A stretch of 64,000 nt of DNA from positions 1 to 64,000 of the forward strand of contig CAVSZB010000008.1 of NCBI GenBank assembly GCA_963732385.1, in the 5' to 3' direction. The position numbers and the translations under genes are program-made. Each line of letters begins with the position of its first letter. Position 1 is the first letter of the stretch. Under the pieces are notes generated by a model that worked only from the letters and a program-made list of their open reading frames with translations, was not told where the DNA came from and did not search any database. Below are positions 7,775-19,700 of this stretch, in pieces. This DNA is from an uncultured bacterium. Lineage in GTDB: Bacteria > Krumholzibacteriota > Krumholzibacteriia > LZORAL124-64-63.

Positions 7775-10700
7775 GTGGTTCCGATAGATACTCTTGCGAA
7801 GATCGAATCCGCGCTGCGTGGCCGGCCCGGGGTGGGTGCGGTCGCGGCGTCGTTGACCTCCGGCCGTGTGGCGGTGTTCGTCACCTCCGCGGCGGGGAGC
7901 GCCAGGCCGGACGCGGTCGCCCTGCGGGATTTCCTGGCCGGCGAGTTTCCCAACCGGGAATTCGCGACCGATGCGATCTTTATCGACACCCTTCCATTGA
8001 CTTCCATCCAGCGGGGCATGGTCCTGCAGTCGGTGGCCACTCCGGGCACGGGCGTGGCCGTCGGCCAGCTGGTCGGGGACATTGCGGGCGACCTCGACTC
8101 CGAGACCCTGGCCGCCGCCTGGCTGGATCTCGTGCGCCGGGAACCGGTCCTGCGTACCCGGTTCGTCCTGGCCGACGAGGACGACTTCCGGCAGGAGTTC
8201 GTAGCCGGCCCGGTGCCGCAGCCGGTCGCCGAGGACTGGACGCGGCAGCCGGCCGTCGAGCAGGAGGAGCGGTTTGCCGCCCTGCTGGAGGCCGAACGGC
8301 GGCAGGGGTTCGCTTCGGACTCGCCGACGATGATTCGCCTCCGGATCCTGCGCTTGGCCAGGGCCCGCTTTCGGCTCCTGTGGACCTTCCACAACGCGGT
8401 GCTGGACGAATGCTCGCTGGGGCTGCTGCTGGAGCGACTGGGCGAGCTGTACGAGACGAGTCGGGCCGGCGCCGGCGCGCCCGCCGGCGAAGAGGTGAAT
8501 GCCTTCGCCCGCTTCATCTGTCGGCGGATCGCCGCCGACCCCGCGCCCGCTCGCGGTTTCTGGCAGAAGGCCATGGCCGGGATCGGTGCGCAGGCCGAGC
8601 TCCTGTACGAGCAGCACATATCCCGTGACGGCGTCATGGCGGCGCCAGGGAGGCTGGAGACGGCCCTGACGAAGAAGTCCACGGCGGCGCTGCGGAAATT
8701 CGCCGCCGAACGGGACATGGGTCCGCGGACCTTGGCGTTGGCGGCCTGGTCGTTGGTCCTGCACCAGCATTCCGACACGGCGGACATCCTCTTCGGGAGC
8801 GCCAGGGCCTGCCGCGGAGCGAACGAGGGCGATGCCCGGATGATCGGCATGGCGGTCAACACCGTCCCCTTCCCGGTGAGGATTGATCCGCAGGAGACCG
8901 TCGGGGATTTCCTGACCCGCGTCCGGGGCCTCGACCGCAGCGTCGCGGCCCACGAGGAACTCCCCTTGGACGAGATCCACCGCGCGAGCGAGGTCCGCAG
9001 CGGCGAGAGGCTGTTTGAGACGCTGCTGGCGCACCACGCGGCCGAGCTCGGGGCCGGTCTGGGTCCGGACCATCCCCTGCGCGGCGAGTACCGCTACCTG
9101 GGCCAGACCACGCTGCCCCTGCTGGTTGCGGTCTACGAGGGTCCGCGGACGCGTCTCTGCCTGGACTACGCCCCTGACCGCCTCGCCGAGCAAGTGGCTC
9201 GGTCACTGCTGGACCGTTTCGAACGACTGCTTGGCTCGCTGCCCCGTCTGGCGGGCGTCCGTGTGGGCGAGGTTCCCGCGGTCTCCGCCGCCGAGGCCGC
9301 CCAGCTAGACGAATGGAACGCCACGGAGAGGGACTACCCGCTGGGGGGCGAGGTGCTGCACGCCCTCTTCGAACGCTCGGTCGATGCCCATCCTGACCGG
9401 GTAGCGGTCAGCGCCGGCGCTCGGCAGCTGACCTTCCGCGAGCTGGACGAGAGGGCCAACCGGCTGGCCCACTATCTGCGGTCCCGCGGGGTCGGGCCCG
9501 ACGTGCCGGTCGGCCTGGTCCTCGAGCGGTCCCTGGAGATGATGGTGGCCGTCTTCGGTGTGCTGAAGGCAGGTGGCCTGTTCATGCCCCTGGACGCGGA
9601 CCACCCGCAGGAACGCATCAAACGCATTCTGGAGGAATCCGGGACTCGCCTGGTGCTGACCCAGGAGTCGCTGCGCGAGAAGGCCGGGGATGCGATCGGG
9701 AGCCTCTGCCTGGACAGCGAGTGGGACGCCGTGGCGACGTTCCCCGCCGACCGACCGGTCTGCATGGTCCGGCCGCAGGACGGGGCGTATGTGCTGTACA
9801 CGTCCGGCTCGACGGGGAATCCGAAGGGCGTCATCATCGAACACCGCGCCATCGTCAACCACAGCATGTGGATGGCGGAGAACTACGCCCTGACCGGGCA
9901 GGACGCGGTGCTGCAGAAGACGCCCTATACGTTCGACGTGGTGATGTGGGAATTCTTCGTCCCCCTGGAAGCCGGCGCCAGGCTGGTCATGGCCGAGCCG
10001 GGCGGACACAAGTCGACGACGTACCTGGTGGACACGATCAACGAGCACGGGATCACCCTGATCCATTTCGTCCCTTCGATGCTCCACCTGTTCCTGGCCG
10101 ATCCCCGGGTTCGCACCTGCACATCGCTGAAGACGGTGCTCTGCAGCGGCGAGGCCCTGTCCAAGGAGTTGGAGGCCCGGTTCTTCGAGACCCTGCCCGG
10201 CGTCGGGCTGCACAACCTCTATGGGCCGACCGAGGCCGCGGTCAACGTCACCGTCTGGGAGTGCCGGCCGGACGATGCTCTGGCGGCCGTTCCCATCGGC
10301 AAGCCGGTTCCTAACACCCGGCTCCACATCCTCGATGGGCGCATGCGCCCACGTCCGATCGGAGTGGCCGGCGAACTGTTCATCGGTGGCGTCCAGGTGG
10401 CTCGGGGCTATCTGAACCGCGCCGACCTGACCGCCGAGCGCTTCCTGCCCGACCCGTTCGGAAAGCCGGGGGACCGGCTGTACCGGACCGGCGACCTGGC
10501 GCGCTTCCGGTCCGATGGGAACGTCGACTTCCTGGGCCGGAACGATTTCCAGGTCAAGGTAAGGGGGCTGCGCATCGAGCTGGGCGAGATTGAGACCGTT
10601 CTGCTGGCCCATCAGGACATCCTGCATTGCGTGGTCGTGGTCGTCTGCCCGACGGCCGACGATCAGCGGATCGTCGCCTATGTGGTCCTCCGGCAGGGGG

Positions 10701-13700
10701 CCGCCACGGACGCGGCGGAGTTACGTGCCCACGCACGCTTGCGCCTGCCGGAGTACATGGTGCCCCAGCACATCGCAGTCCTGGAAACGATGCCCATGAC
10801 CTCCAGCGGCAAGGTGGACCGCAAGGCTCTGCCGGCGTTGGAACTGAAGCGCTCCGGGCTGGGCGGGTCGGTCGAGACCGCGGAGTCGGAGCTGGAGAAC
10901 TTCCTGGTCGATCGCTGGCGCCACCTGCTGGGCGTGGACCAGGTCGGCGTCCGCGACCGGTTCTTCGAATTGGGGGGCACCTCGCTGAAGGCCCTCCAGT
11001 TCATCGCCTGGCTGGGCGGGGAACTGGGCGAGCCGGTCCCCGTCGCCAGCTTCTTCTCCGCGCCCACGATCGAGGGGATCGTCGGGGCCCTGGAGGCCGA
11101 TCACGCCGACGCCCTGCGGCGGCGATTCCCCGGCCACCGGTTCGGGGCCGCAGCTGAAGGGAAGCCGGTTGGGACAGGGAGCGACGGGGACGGCATCTTT
11201 GTGGCCGGCGACATCGCGGTCATCGGGATGGCCGGCCGCTTCCCCGGCGCCGCGGACGTGGACGCCTACTGGGAGCTCCTGCGGGACGGAGTCGAGGCCC
11301 TGCGCCGGGCGACCGACGAGGAACTGCTCTGGGAGGGCGTGCCCGAGGAGGAGTTCACCGACGAGGACTACGTACGGAGCTACTTCAGCGCCGACGACCT
11401 GGACGCCTTCGACGGGGAGTTCTTCGGTTACCAGCCCCGGGAACTCCAAAGGATGGATCCTCAGCACCGCCTGTTCCTGGAACTGGCCTGGGCCGCGCTG
11501 GACAACGCCGGCTACGCCCGCGCCCTGGACAGCGGCGAGAACCGGATCGGCGTCTTCGGCGGCATCGCCCGGGACGCTTACGTCCAGCACTACGTGACCC
11601 GGCACCCGGACACGGCCGGGGCGCTGGGCGACTTCCAGACGAACATCGGGAACGACAAGAACTTCCCGGCCACGCGCGTCGCCTATCGGTTCAACCTCAA
11701 GGGCCCGGCGGTGAACGTGCAGACGGCTTGCTCCACCTCCGGGACCGCTCTGCACCTCGCCTGCCAGAACCTCCGGCTGGGCGAGTGCGACCTCGCGGTG
11801 GTCGGCGGTTGTCGGGTGTTGGTGCCCACGAAGTACGGTTACCGCTACGTCGAGGGCAGCGCACTCTCGTCCAGCGGGCGACTTTACGCCTTCGACAGCC
11901 GGGCGACGGGCATGGTGCGCGGCAGTGGCGGTGCCTTCCTGGTCGTCAAACGGATGGCCGACGCCCTGCGCGACGGGGACTGCGTGCGCGGAGTCATCAG
12001 GAGCACTGCCGTCAACAACGACGGTGGCGACAAGGCGGGCTTCACCGCCCCGAGCGTGACGGGGCAGGCCCAGGTGATCGACCTGGCGCTGCGGCGCGCT
12101 CAGGTGGATCCCGATTCGATCGGCTATGTCGAGGCCCACGGCACGGCGACATCCCTGGGCGACCCGATCGAGGTCCTGGCCCTCACGAAGGCTTTCCGCC
12201 GGCACACATCGCGCACCGGCTTCTGCCGGCTGGGCACGGTGAAACCGAACATAGGGCACCTGGACGCTGGCGCCGCGGTGGCGGGGATCATCAAGACCCT
12301 GCTGGCCATGGAGCGCGGCCTGATCCCGGCCTCGCTGAACTACGAGAGCCCGAACCCGGGCATCGATTTCGCCAAGAGCCCCTTCCTGGTGGCGGACCGG
12401 GCTGTTCCCTGGGACCCGCCGGCTGGCCATCCCCGGCGGGCCGGCGTGAGTTCCTTCGGCCTGGGGGGCACCAACTTCCATGCGATCCTCGAGGAGGCGC
12501 CCACGACGACCTCTTGCGCCGGGTCTGACGGGCGGGATGGTCCGTTGCTGGTGCTGCTCTCGGCTGCCTCGGAGACCTCGCTCAACGCCAATCTCTTCGG
12601 CCTGGCGGAATACCTGGCTCGGCACGAGGACCTCGAACTGGCCGACGTGGCCTACAGCCTGGCCACATGTCGTCCGGCCCTGGCCCACCGCGCTTTCGCC
12701 GTGAGCGAGGGAGGCGCCTTCGGTGAAAGGGAACTGGGCGAGGTCTGCCGCGTCGGGCCCGATCACCGGGCCGGGTTGTTGGCTTTCCACCTGCCGGCCT
12801 CGGTGCCGGGGGCGCCGGCCCTGCTGGAATCCTTTCTGGCGGGGTTCGACGGAATGGCCGGTCCGCTCGAGGAGGCCTGGCGGGCCCTGTGGCCGCGGCG
12901 CCCTTGGCCCGGGCCGGCGCAGCTCGCCGCTTCGGTGGCCGGACTGCCGGAGGGTCCAGAAGCGTCGTTCCTGTTGCAGTATGTCCTGGGGCGCTACTGG
13001 CTCGCCCTGGGGGTACGGCCCGCGTCGGTTTCCGGATCCGGAGCCGGGGCCGTGGCTGCTTCCTGTCTGGCCGGCGAACTGCCGCTCGGCGAGGCGGTCG
13101 GGCGGTTGTTCCCCCCTGCGGGGGATCTCCGCGGCGGAACGTTCGCTGCCGCCGCCTCGCGCGTGGCGGAAGACGCCGTGGATCGGTTCGTGCTCACCCT
13201 GGGAACCGTCGCCGAAGACGGGGGGATCGTGGCGCTCCCGCCCGCGGCCGGGGTGGAGGCCGTGCAGCGCGCGGTCGCCCTCGCGACCGGCCACCTGTGG
13301 GTCCACGGGGCGGATATCGACTGGAACGCCTACCACGCGGGCAGGCCGGTCCGTCGGGTGCCGCTGCCCCCGTTCCGCTTCCACCGCCGTCGGCACTGGC
13401 TGGACCTGCCCGGCGTGGGCCCCAGGCTGGTGACCCTGGCCGCGACCGACAAGGAGACCCTGACGGACACCGCCGGACGGTTGTCCGCCTACCTGAAGAA
13501 GCGGCCGCAGACCGACCTGGGTGATCTGTGCAGCCGCGGTGACGCGGCCGGCGATGCCTGCCGGATCGCTTTCGTCTCCCTCGGCAGCCACGAGACCGCC
13601 CGGATCTTGGACGATCCCGCTTCGCATCCGACCTGCCTGGCGTACACCGCCGGGCCGCCCGCACCGGTCGCCTTTCTGCTCCCTGGCGGGGGGGCGCAGT

Positions 13701-16700
13701 ACCTGCAGATGGCGCGGGGCCTGTACGACCGCTTCGGCGAGTTCCGCGCGGAGATCGACACGGGCCTGGCCCTGTTCGCCTCCCGGACTGGCCACGACCT
13801 GAAGCGGGACTGGTTCGCCGCGGACCATGAGCGGGAGTGGGCCTCCGGGCAGATGCAGCGGCCCTCGGTCCAGTTGCCGGCCATCTTCATCCTGGAGATC
13901 GCCCTGGCCCGGCTTTGGCAGTCTTGGGGACTACGACCGGCGGCGCTGCTCGGACACAGCCTGGGCGAGAACACGGCCGCCTGCCTGTCCGGCGTGATCG
14001 GCTACAACGACGCTTTAGGCCTGGTCACGCTGCGGGGGCGCCTGTTCGAGAAGACGGAGCCCGGCAGCATGCTGAGCGTGCCCCTCTCGCCCGCGGAGGT
14101 AGCCCCCTATCTAGGAGACCGGCTGGACCTGGCAACGATCAACGCGCCGCAGATGTGCACGATTTCGGGGCGGACGGCGGACATCGAGGCCCTCCTGGAC
14201 CAGTTCGCCGCCTCGGACATCGACGCCCAGCGCATCCCGATCACGACGGCGCCGCATTCCCGCCTCCTGGACCCGGTGCTGCAGGAGTTCGGGGATTATC
14301 TGCGGAGCATCGAACTGAAGAAGCCGGCGATCCCCTTCCTGTCCAACGTCACCGGCGACTGGATCACAGACGAACAGGCCACCGACCCCGAGTACTGGGT
14401 CCGGCACCTGCGCAGCCCGGTCCGCTTCGCCGACTGCGTGAACCGACTGGCGGAACGGAATTGTTTCGTGGTCATCGAAACAGGTCCGGGCAAGACCCTC
14501 GGCTCGTTGCTGCGGGCCCAGAACGAGGCACTCGGCGCTCGCTCCGTGCCCACCCTGCGGAACGCTCGGGAGGAGGCGGAGGACCGCACCTTCCTGCTGC
14601 GCGGGATTGGGCGCCTGTTGTCCCTCGGGGCGCCCCTCGATCCGAGCGTTTTAGGGCGCGACCTGCCGGGCGCCCTGCTGACGATCACGCAGGCGTCCCT
14701 GGACGCCGCGGGCGTTCCCGCGTCCGAGCGCGCCGGGACCGCGGCGTCGTCCCTTTTCCCCATGCCGACTTTTTCGGCAGCGGCTCCGGCGCCGTTGCCG
14801 GTGATAGGTCTTACCAGTGGGAGTGCAAGCCCCATGACGAGAGCGGATCTGGTGACCAGGAAGCTGCGGACTATTCTCGGCGAAATGTCCGGCCTGGAGG
14901 GAGCCGACCTGCAGAACGACGTGCCTTTCCTCAGCATGGGCTTCGACTCGCTGTTCCTTACCCAGGCGAACCTGAAGTTCAAGAAAACCTTCAGCGTGAA
15001 GATCACGCTGAAGCAACTGCTGCGGGAAAGCCCGACCATCGACGCGTTGACGGCGTTCATCGAGTCGAAGCTGCCCGAGGGTGCATTCGCGGAAGAACTG
15101 CAGGCCGCGCCCGCGGCGGTCGCACCGTCGGGTGCCTCGGCGGCCGCGCCGTTGGCCGGGATGCCGGCGGCGTTCCCCGCCGCGTTCGTGCCCGACGCCT
15201 CGCTCGGCAGCCTGGCGCAGGCCATCGCGATGCAGATCCAGGCTTCCAACGTTCTGCTCCAGCACCTGGTGGGCGGTGCTCCCGCCGTCGCTCCTGCCCC
15301 TGCGGCGGTCTCCGCCCCTGCGGCCGCGGAGGACGTCGCGGAGGCCGTTCCGGCCGGGGGCGGCGCGCACGGCCCGTTCGCGCCCCTGCAGAAGTCCGTC
15401 AGCTCGGGCCTGAGCGACGCGCAGCGGGAGTACCTCGACGGGTTCATCCGGGACTACTGCGCACGGACCCGCAAGTCGAAGGAACTGGCGGCGTCGCATC
15501 GCTTCCGCTACGCCGATCCGCGCACGGTGATGGGCTTCAAGACCATCCTGAAGGAACTGACATATACGTTGGTCGGGCAGCGCTCCAAGGGCAGCCACGT
15601 GTGGGACGTCGATGGCAACGAGTACGTGGACTGCCAGGGCGGCTTCGGAGCGATTCTCTTCGGCCACGCTCCGGACTTCGTGCTGGACGCCGTGCGTCGG
15701 CAACTGGACCAGTCGATCGACTACGGTCCGCAGTCGCCGGCCGCCGGCCGCATCGCCGAGATGTTCTGCGAGATGACCGGCATGGACCGCGTCTCCTTCT
15801 GCAACACCGGGTCGGAGGCCTCCTTGGCGGCGATCCGCATCGCCCGCACGGTGACCGGCAACGACCTGATCGTGATGTTCCAGGGCTCGTACCACGGCAT
15901 CTTCGACGAGGTTCTGGTCCGGGGTCAGGACGTACGTGGCAAGCGCCGCAACGTTCCGGTCGCACCAGGCATCCCGGCTGCCGCCAGCGGCAATATCCTG
16001 ATCCTGGACTATGACGATCCGAAGTCACTGGACGTGATCCGCGAGCGGGCCGACGAGATCGCCGGCGTCATCGTCGAGCCGATCCAGAGCCGCCACTGCG
16101 AGATTCAGCCGCGCGCTTTCCTGCACGAACTGCGCAAGGTGACCCGCGAGGCCGACATCCCCCTGATCTTCGACGAGATCATCACTGGGTTCCGCCTGCA
16201 CCCGAAGGGCGCCCAGGGCTGGTTCGACGTGGAGGCCGACCTGGCCTGCTATGGCAAGGTGGTCGGCGGCGGCTTCCCGGTCGGCGTGATCGCCGGGAAG
16301 AGACGGTACATGGACGCCCTCGACGGCGGTGCCTGGCGGTTCGGCGACGACTCCTTCCCCGAGGTAGGGGTGACCTACTTCGCCGGCACCTTCGTCCGCC
16401 ACCCGGTGGCCCTGGCCGCGATGGAGGCGGTCCTGCTGAAGCTCAGGGAGGAAGGGCCCGAACTGCAGCAGCGTCTGAACAAGAAGACCGCGATGTTTGC
16501 CGAGCGCGTCAACCGCTGCTACCGGCGGCTGGGCGTGCCGATCGAGATCGTCTACTTCGGCTCGGCGTTCTTTATCCGTTACAGGGGGAATCCCGACTTC
16601 GAGTTCCTGTTCTACCACCACCTGCGCTACTTCGGCGCCCACCACATCTGGGGCAACCGGCCGGGCTTCCTGACCGACGCGCACACGTCGCAGGACCTGG

Positions 16701-19700
16701 ACCTTCTGGTCGATTGCTTCGAGAAGGCCGCCAGGGCCCTCCAGGAGAGTGGCTTCCTGCCCTCGCTGGAGCAGGCCGAGCCGGAGCGGCAGCCGTTCAC
16801 CGACGTGCAGAGCGAACTGTGGCTGGCCGTCGCGATGGGCGATGCCTCGGCAGCGGCCTACAACGAGCAGGTGATGTTCGAGATCGACCACGAGATCGAT
16901 CCTGAGGTCCTGGAACTGGTGATGGATAAGGTGACCAACCGCCATCCGGGCCTGCGCGCACTGCCGGCTGCGGACGGCTCCGGATTCGTTGTCCGGAACT
17001 ACATGCCCCCCAGTTTCGCTTGGCGTGACCTGCGTTCGCTGCCGGAAGGGGAGCGGGCCAGCGAGGTCCGGCGCTTGGCGCAGGCCAACATCGACGACGG
17101 GTTCGACTTCGAGAAGGGGCCCCTGCTGCGCGCGCTCCTGTTGAAGACGGGTGAGCAGAAGAACGTGCTGTGCGTGGCGGTCAACCACCTGGTTTGCGAT
17201 GGCTGGTCGCTGGAGATCCTCATGGAGGACATCGGAGCGTACTACACCGGGATCACCCAGTCGCGCTTCGTCAAGCGGCGTAGCGTGCCGGCCCTGGCCG
17301 ATATCTTCGCAGCCGAGCGAGCGCGCCACGAGTCGGGCGACGTCAAGGACGCCCGCGATTACTGGCTGAAGGTGTTCAGGGATCCGCTGCCGCCGGATCT
17401 GAACCTGCCCCTGGATCATACGCGGCCGCCGGTCCGGTCCTTCCGGGGCGAAAGGCACGCGTGCTACCTGGACCCGGCCTTGGCCGAGCCGATCCGCCGG
17501 ATGGCGGGCGCCGAGGGCTGTACCACGTTCGTCTTTCTGCTGGCCGTCTACCTGGTCATGCTGCGGCGGCTCAGCGGGCAGGACGACATCGTGGTGGGCA
17601 TCCCGGCGGCGGGCCAGCCGAACATGGGGATGAACGACGCCGTCACGCACGCGGTTTCGCTGCTGCCGCTGCGCGCGCGGATCGACGACGCGAGCGATTT
17701 CCGCCGGTTCTTGGCCGGCGTGCGCGACATCTTCACCGACGCCATGGACAACCAGGCCTTCGCCTACGGGGAACTGCTGAAGGAGCTGAAGATCCCGCGG
17801 GATCCCAGCCGCCAGCCCCTGATGGGCGCCAGCTTCAACGTGGATATGGCCTTCAACCCCGTCCGTTTCGACGGGGTCCTGGCCCGCTTCGTGCCCGCGC
17901 CGCGCGGCCGGTCCAAGGTGGACCTGCTGTTCACCCTGACCGACGAGGGAGAACGGTTCCTGCTGGAGGTCGACCGCAACGCAGACGTCATCGACGCCGC
18001 GACGGTGGAGCGCTGGGTCGGCCACTACGAGAGCCTCCTGCGCGGGATCCTGGACGATCCGGGCCGGCCCATCGGTCGCCTCGGCGTGCTGTCGAAGGAG
18101 GAGGAGCGCCTCCTGTTCTCCGAATGGAACCGACCCGGCGAGGACGGTCGGCGCGAGTCCGGGATCCTGGACCTGTTCGCGCAACAAGCAGCCGCGCGTG
18201 CCGACCGCGTGGCCGTCCGGGCCGGCGACGTCAGCCTGACCTACGGCGAACTGGAGAAGGCCGCCAACCGCTTCGCGAACTACTTGGCCCGCAAAGGCGT
18301 CGAGCCCGATAGCCTGGTCGGGGTGGCTCTGGGGCGGTCGATCCGGCTACCGGTGGCCATGCTGGGCATCCTCAAGGCGGGCGCAGCGTACCTGCCCCTG
18401 GACCCGGAGTACCCGCGCGAACGGCTTTCCTACATGTTGTCCGATTCGGGCGCCACGCACCTGGTGGTCGAGCGGGCTCACGCCGCCGCTTTCGCCGATC
18501 AGGACGTCACTGCGGTGGTGATGGACGAGGAAGCTGACGCTATCGCCGCCTGCGGAGTCGAAGCGCCCGCGCACCGTCCGGCCCCCGGCGACCTGGCCTA
18601 TGTGATCTACACATCGGGCTCGACGGGCAGACCGAAGGGCGTTGGCATCGAGCACGGGAGCTTAGGCAACCTGCTGGTCTCGCTGCGGGAACGGCCGGGG
18701 ATGTCGGCCGACGACATGGTGCTGGCGATCACCTCGATTTCCTTCGACCCATCGGTGATCGAGCTTTTCCTGCCCCTGTCCTGCGGGGCGTCGGTCGTCG
18801 TGGCCGATGCGGCCGAGGCGGTGGATGGCTCGCGGCTGGCCGAATTGCTGGAGCGCCACGCGATCACCTTCCTGAACGCGACAGCCACGGTCTGGAACCT
18901 GATCCTGGATGCGGGCTGGCAGCCCCCGGCCGGGTTCAAGGCGTACTGCGGGGGCGAATCCCTGCCGCCCGAACTGGCCGTCCGCTTGGCCGGCCACCGC
19001 GTCGAACTATGGAACATGTACGGCCCTACCGAGGCCACGGTGGCGGTCTCGGGCTACCGGATCCCGTCCACGGGCACTCCCATCTTCATCGGCAGGCCGC
19101 TGGCCGACGCGCGGCTGTTCGTGCTGGACGGGTCCGGTCAGCCGGTGCCACCGGGTGTCATCGGCGAGTTGTACATCGGGGGCCCGGGCCTGGCCCGGGG
19201 TTACCTGGGACGGGACGATCTGACGGCGGAGCGGTTCGTGCAGGCGGCGTGTGAACCGATCGTCGGACAGCGCCTGTACCGCACCGGCGACTTGGTTCGC
19301 TACCACTCCGACGGCAACCTGGAATTCATTGGCCGCAACGACCACCAGGTCAAGATCAGCGGCCTGCGCATCGAGCCGGGGGAGATCGAGACGGTGCTGG
19401 GGAACCATCCGGCCGTAGGCCGCTGCGTGGTCTCGCCCCGCCGGGGAGCGGTGGGGGACCAACGCCTGGTGGCCTTTTACACGATGAAGGATGCCGCGGC
19501 GGTCGATGACGCGGCCCTGCGCGAATATGCCCTGGCCTCGCTGCCGCGCTACATGGTGCCCCAGCATTTCGTCCGGCTGGAAGCCCTACCCCTGTCGGCC
19601 AACGGCAAGGTCGACCGCCTCGCCCTGGCGCAGACGCCCTTCGGAGAGGCGCCGGCGGGCGAACGGACCCTCGAAGATCCGGCCGACGAGACCGAGCGTC

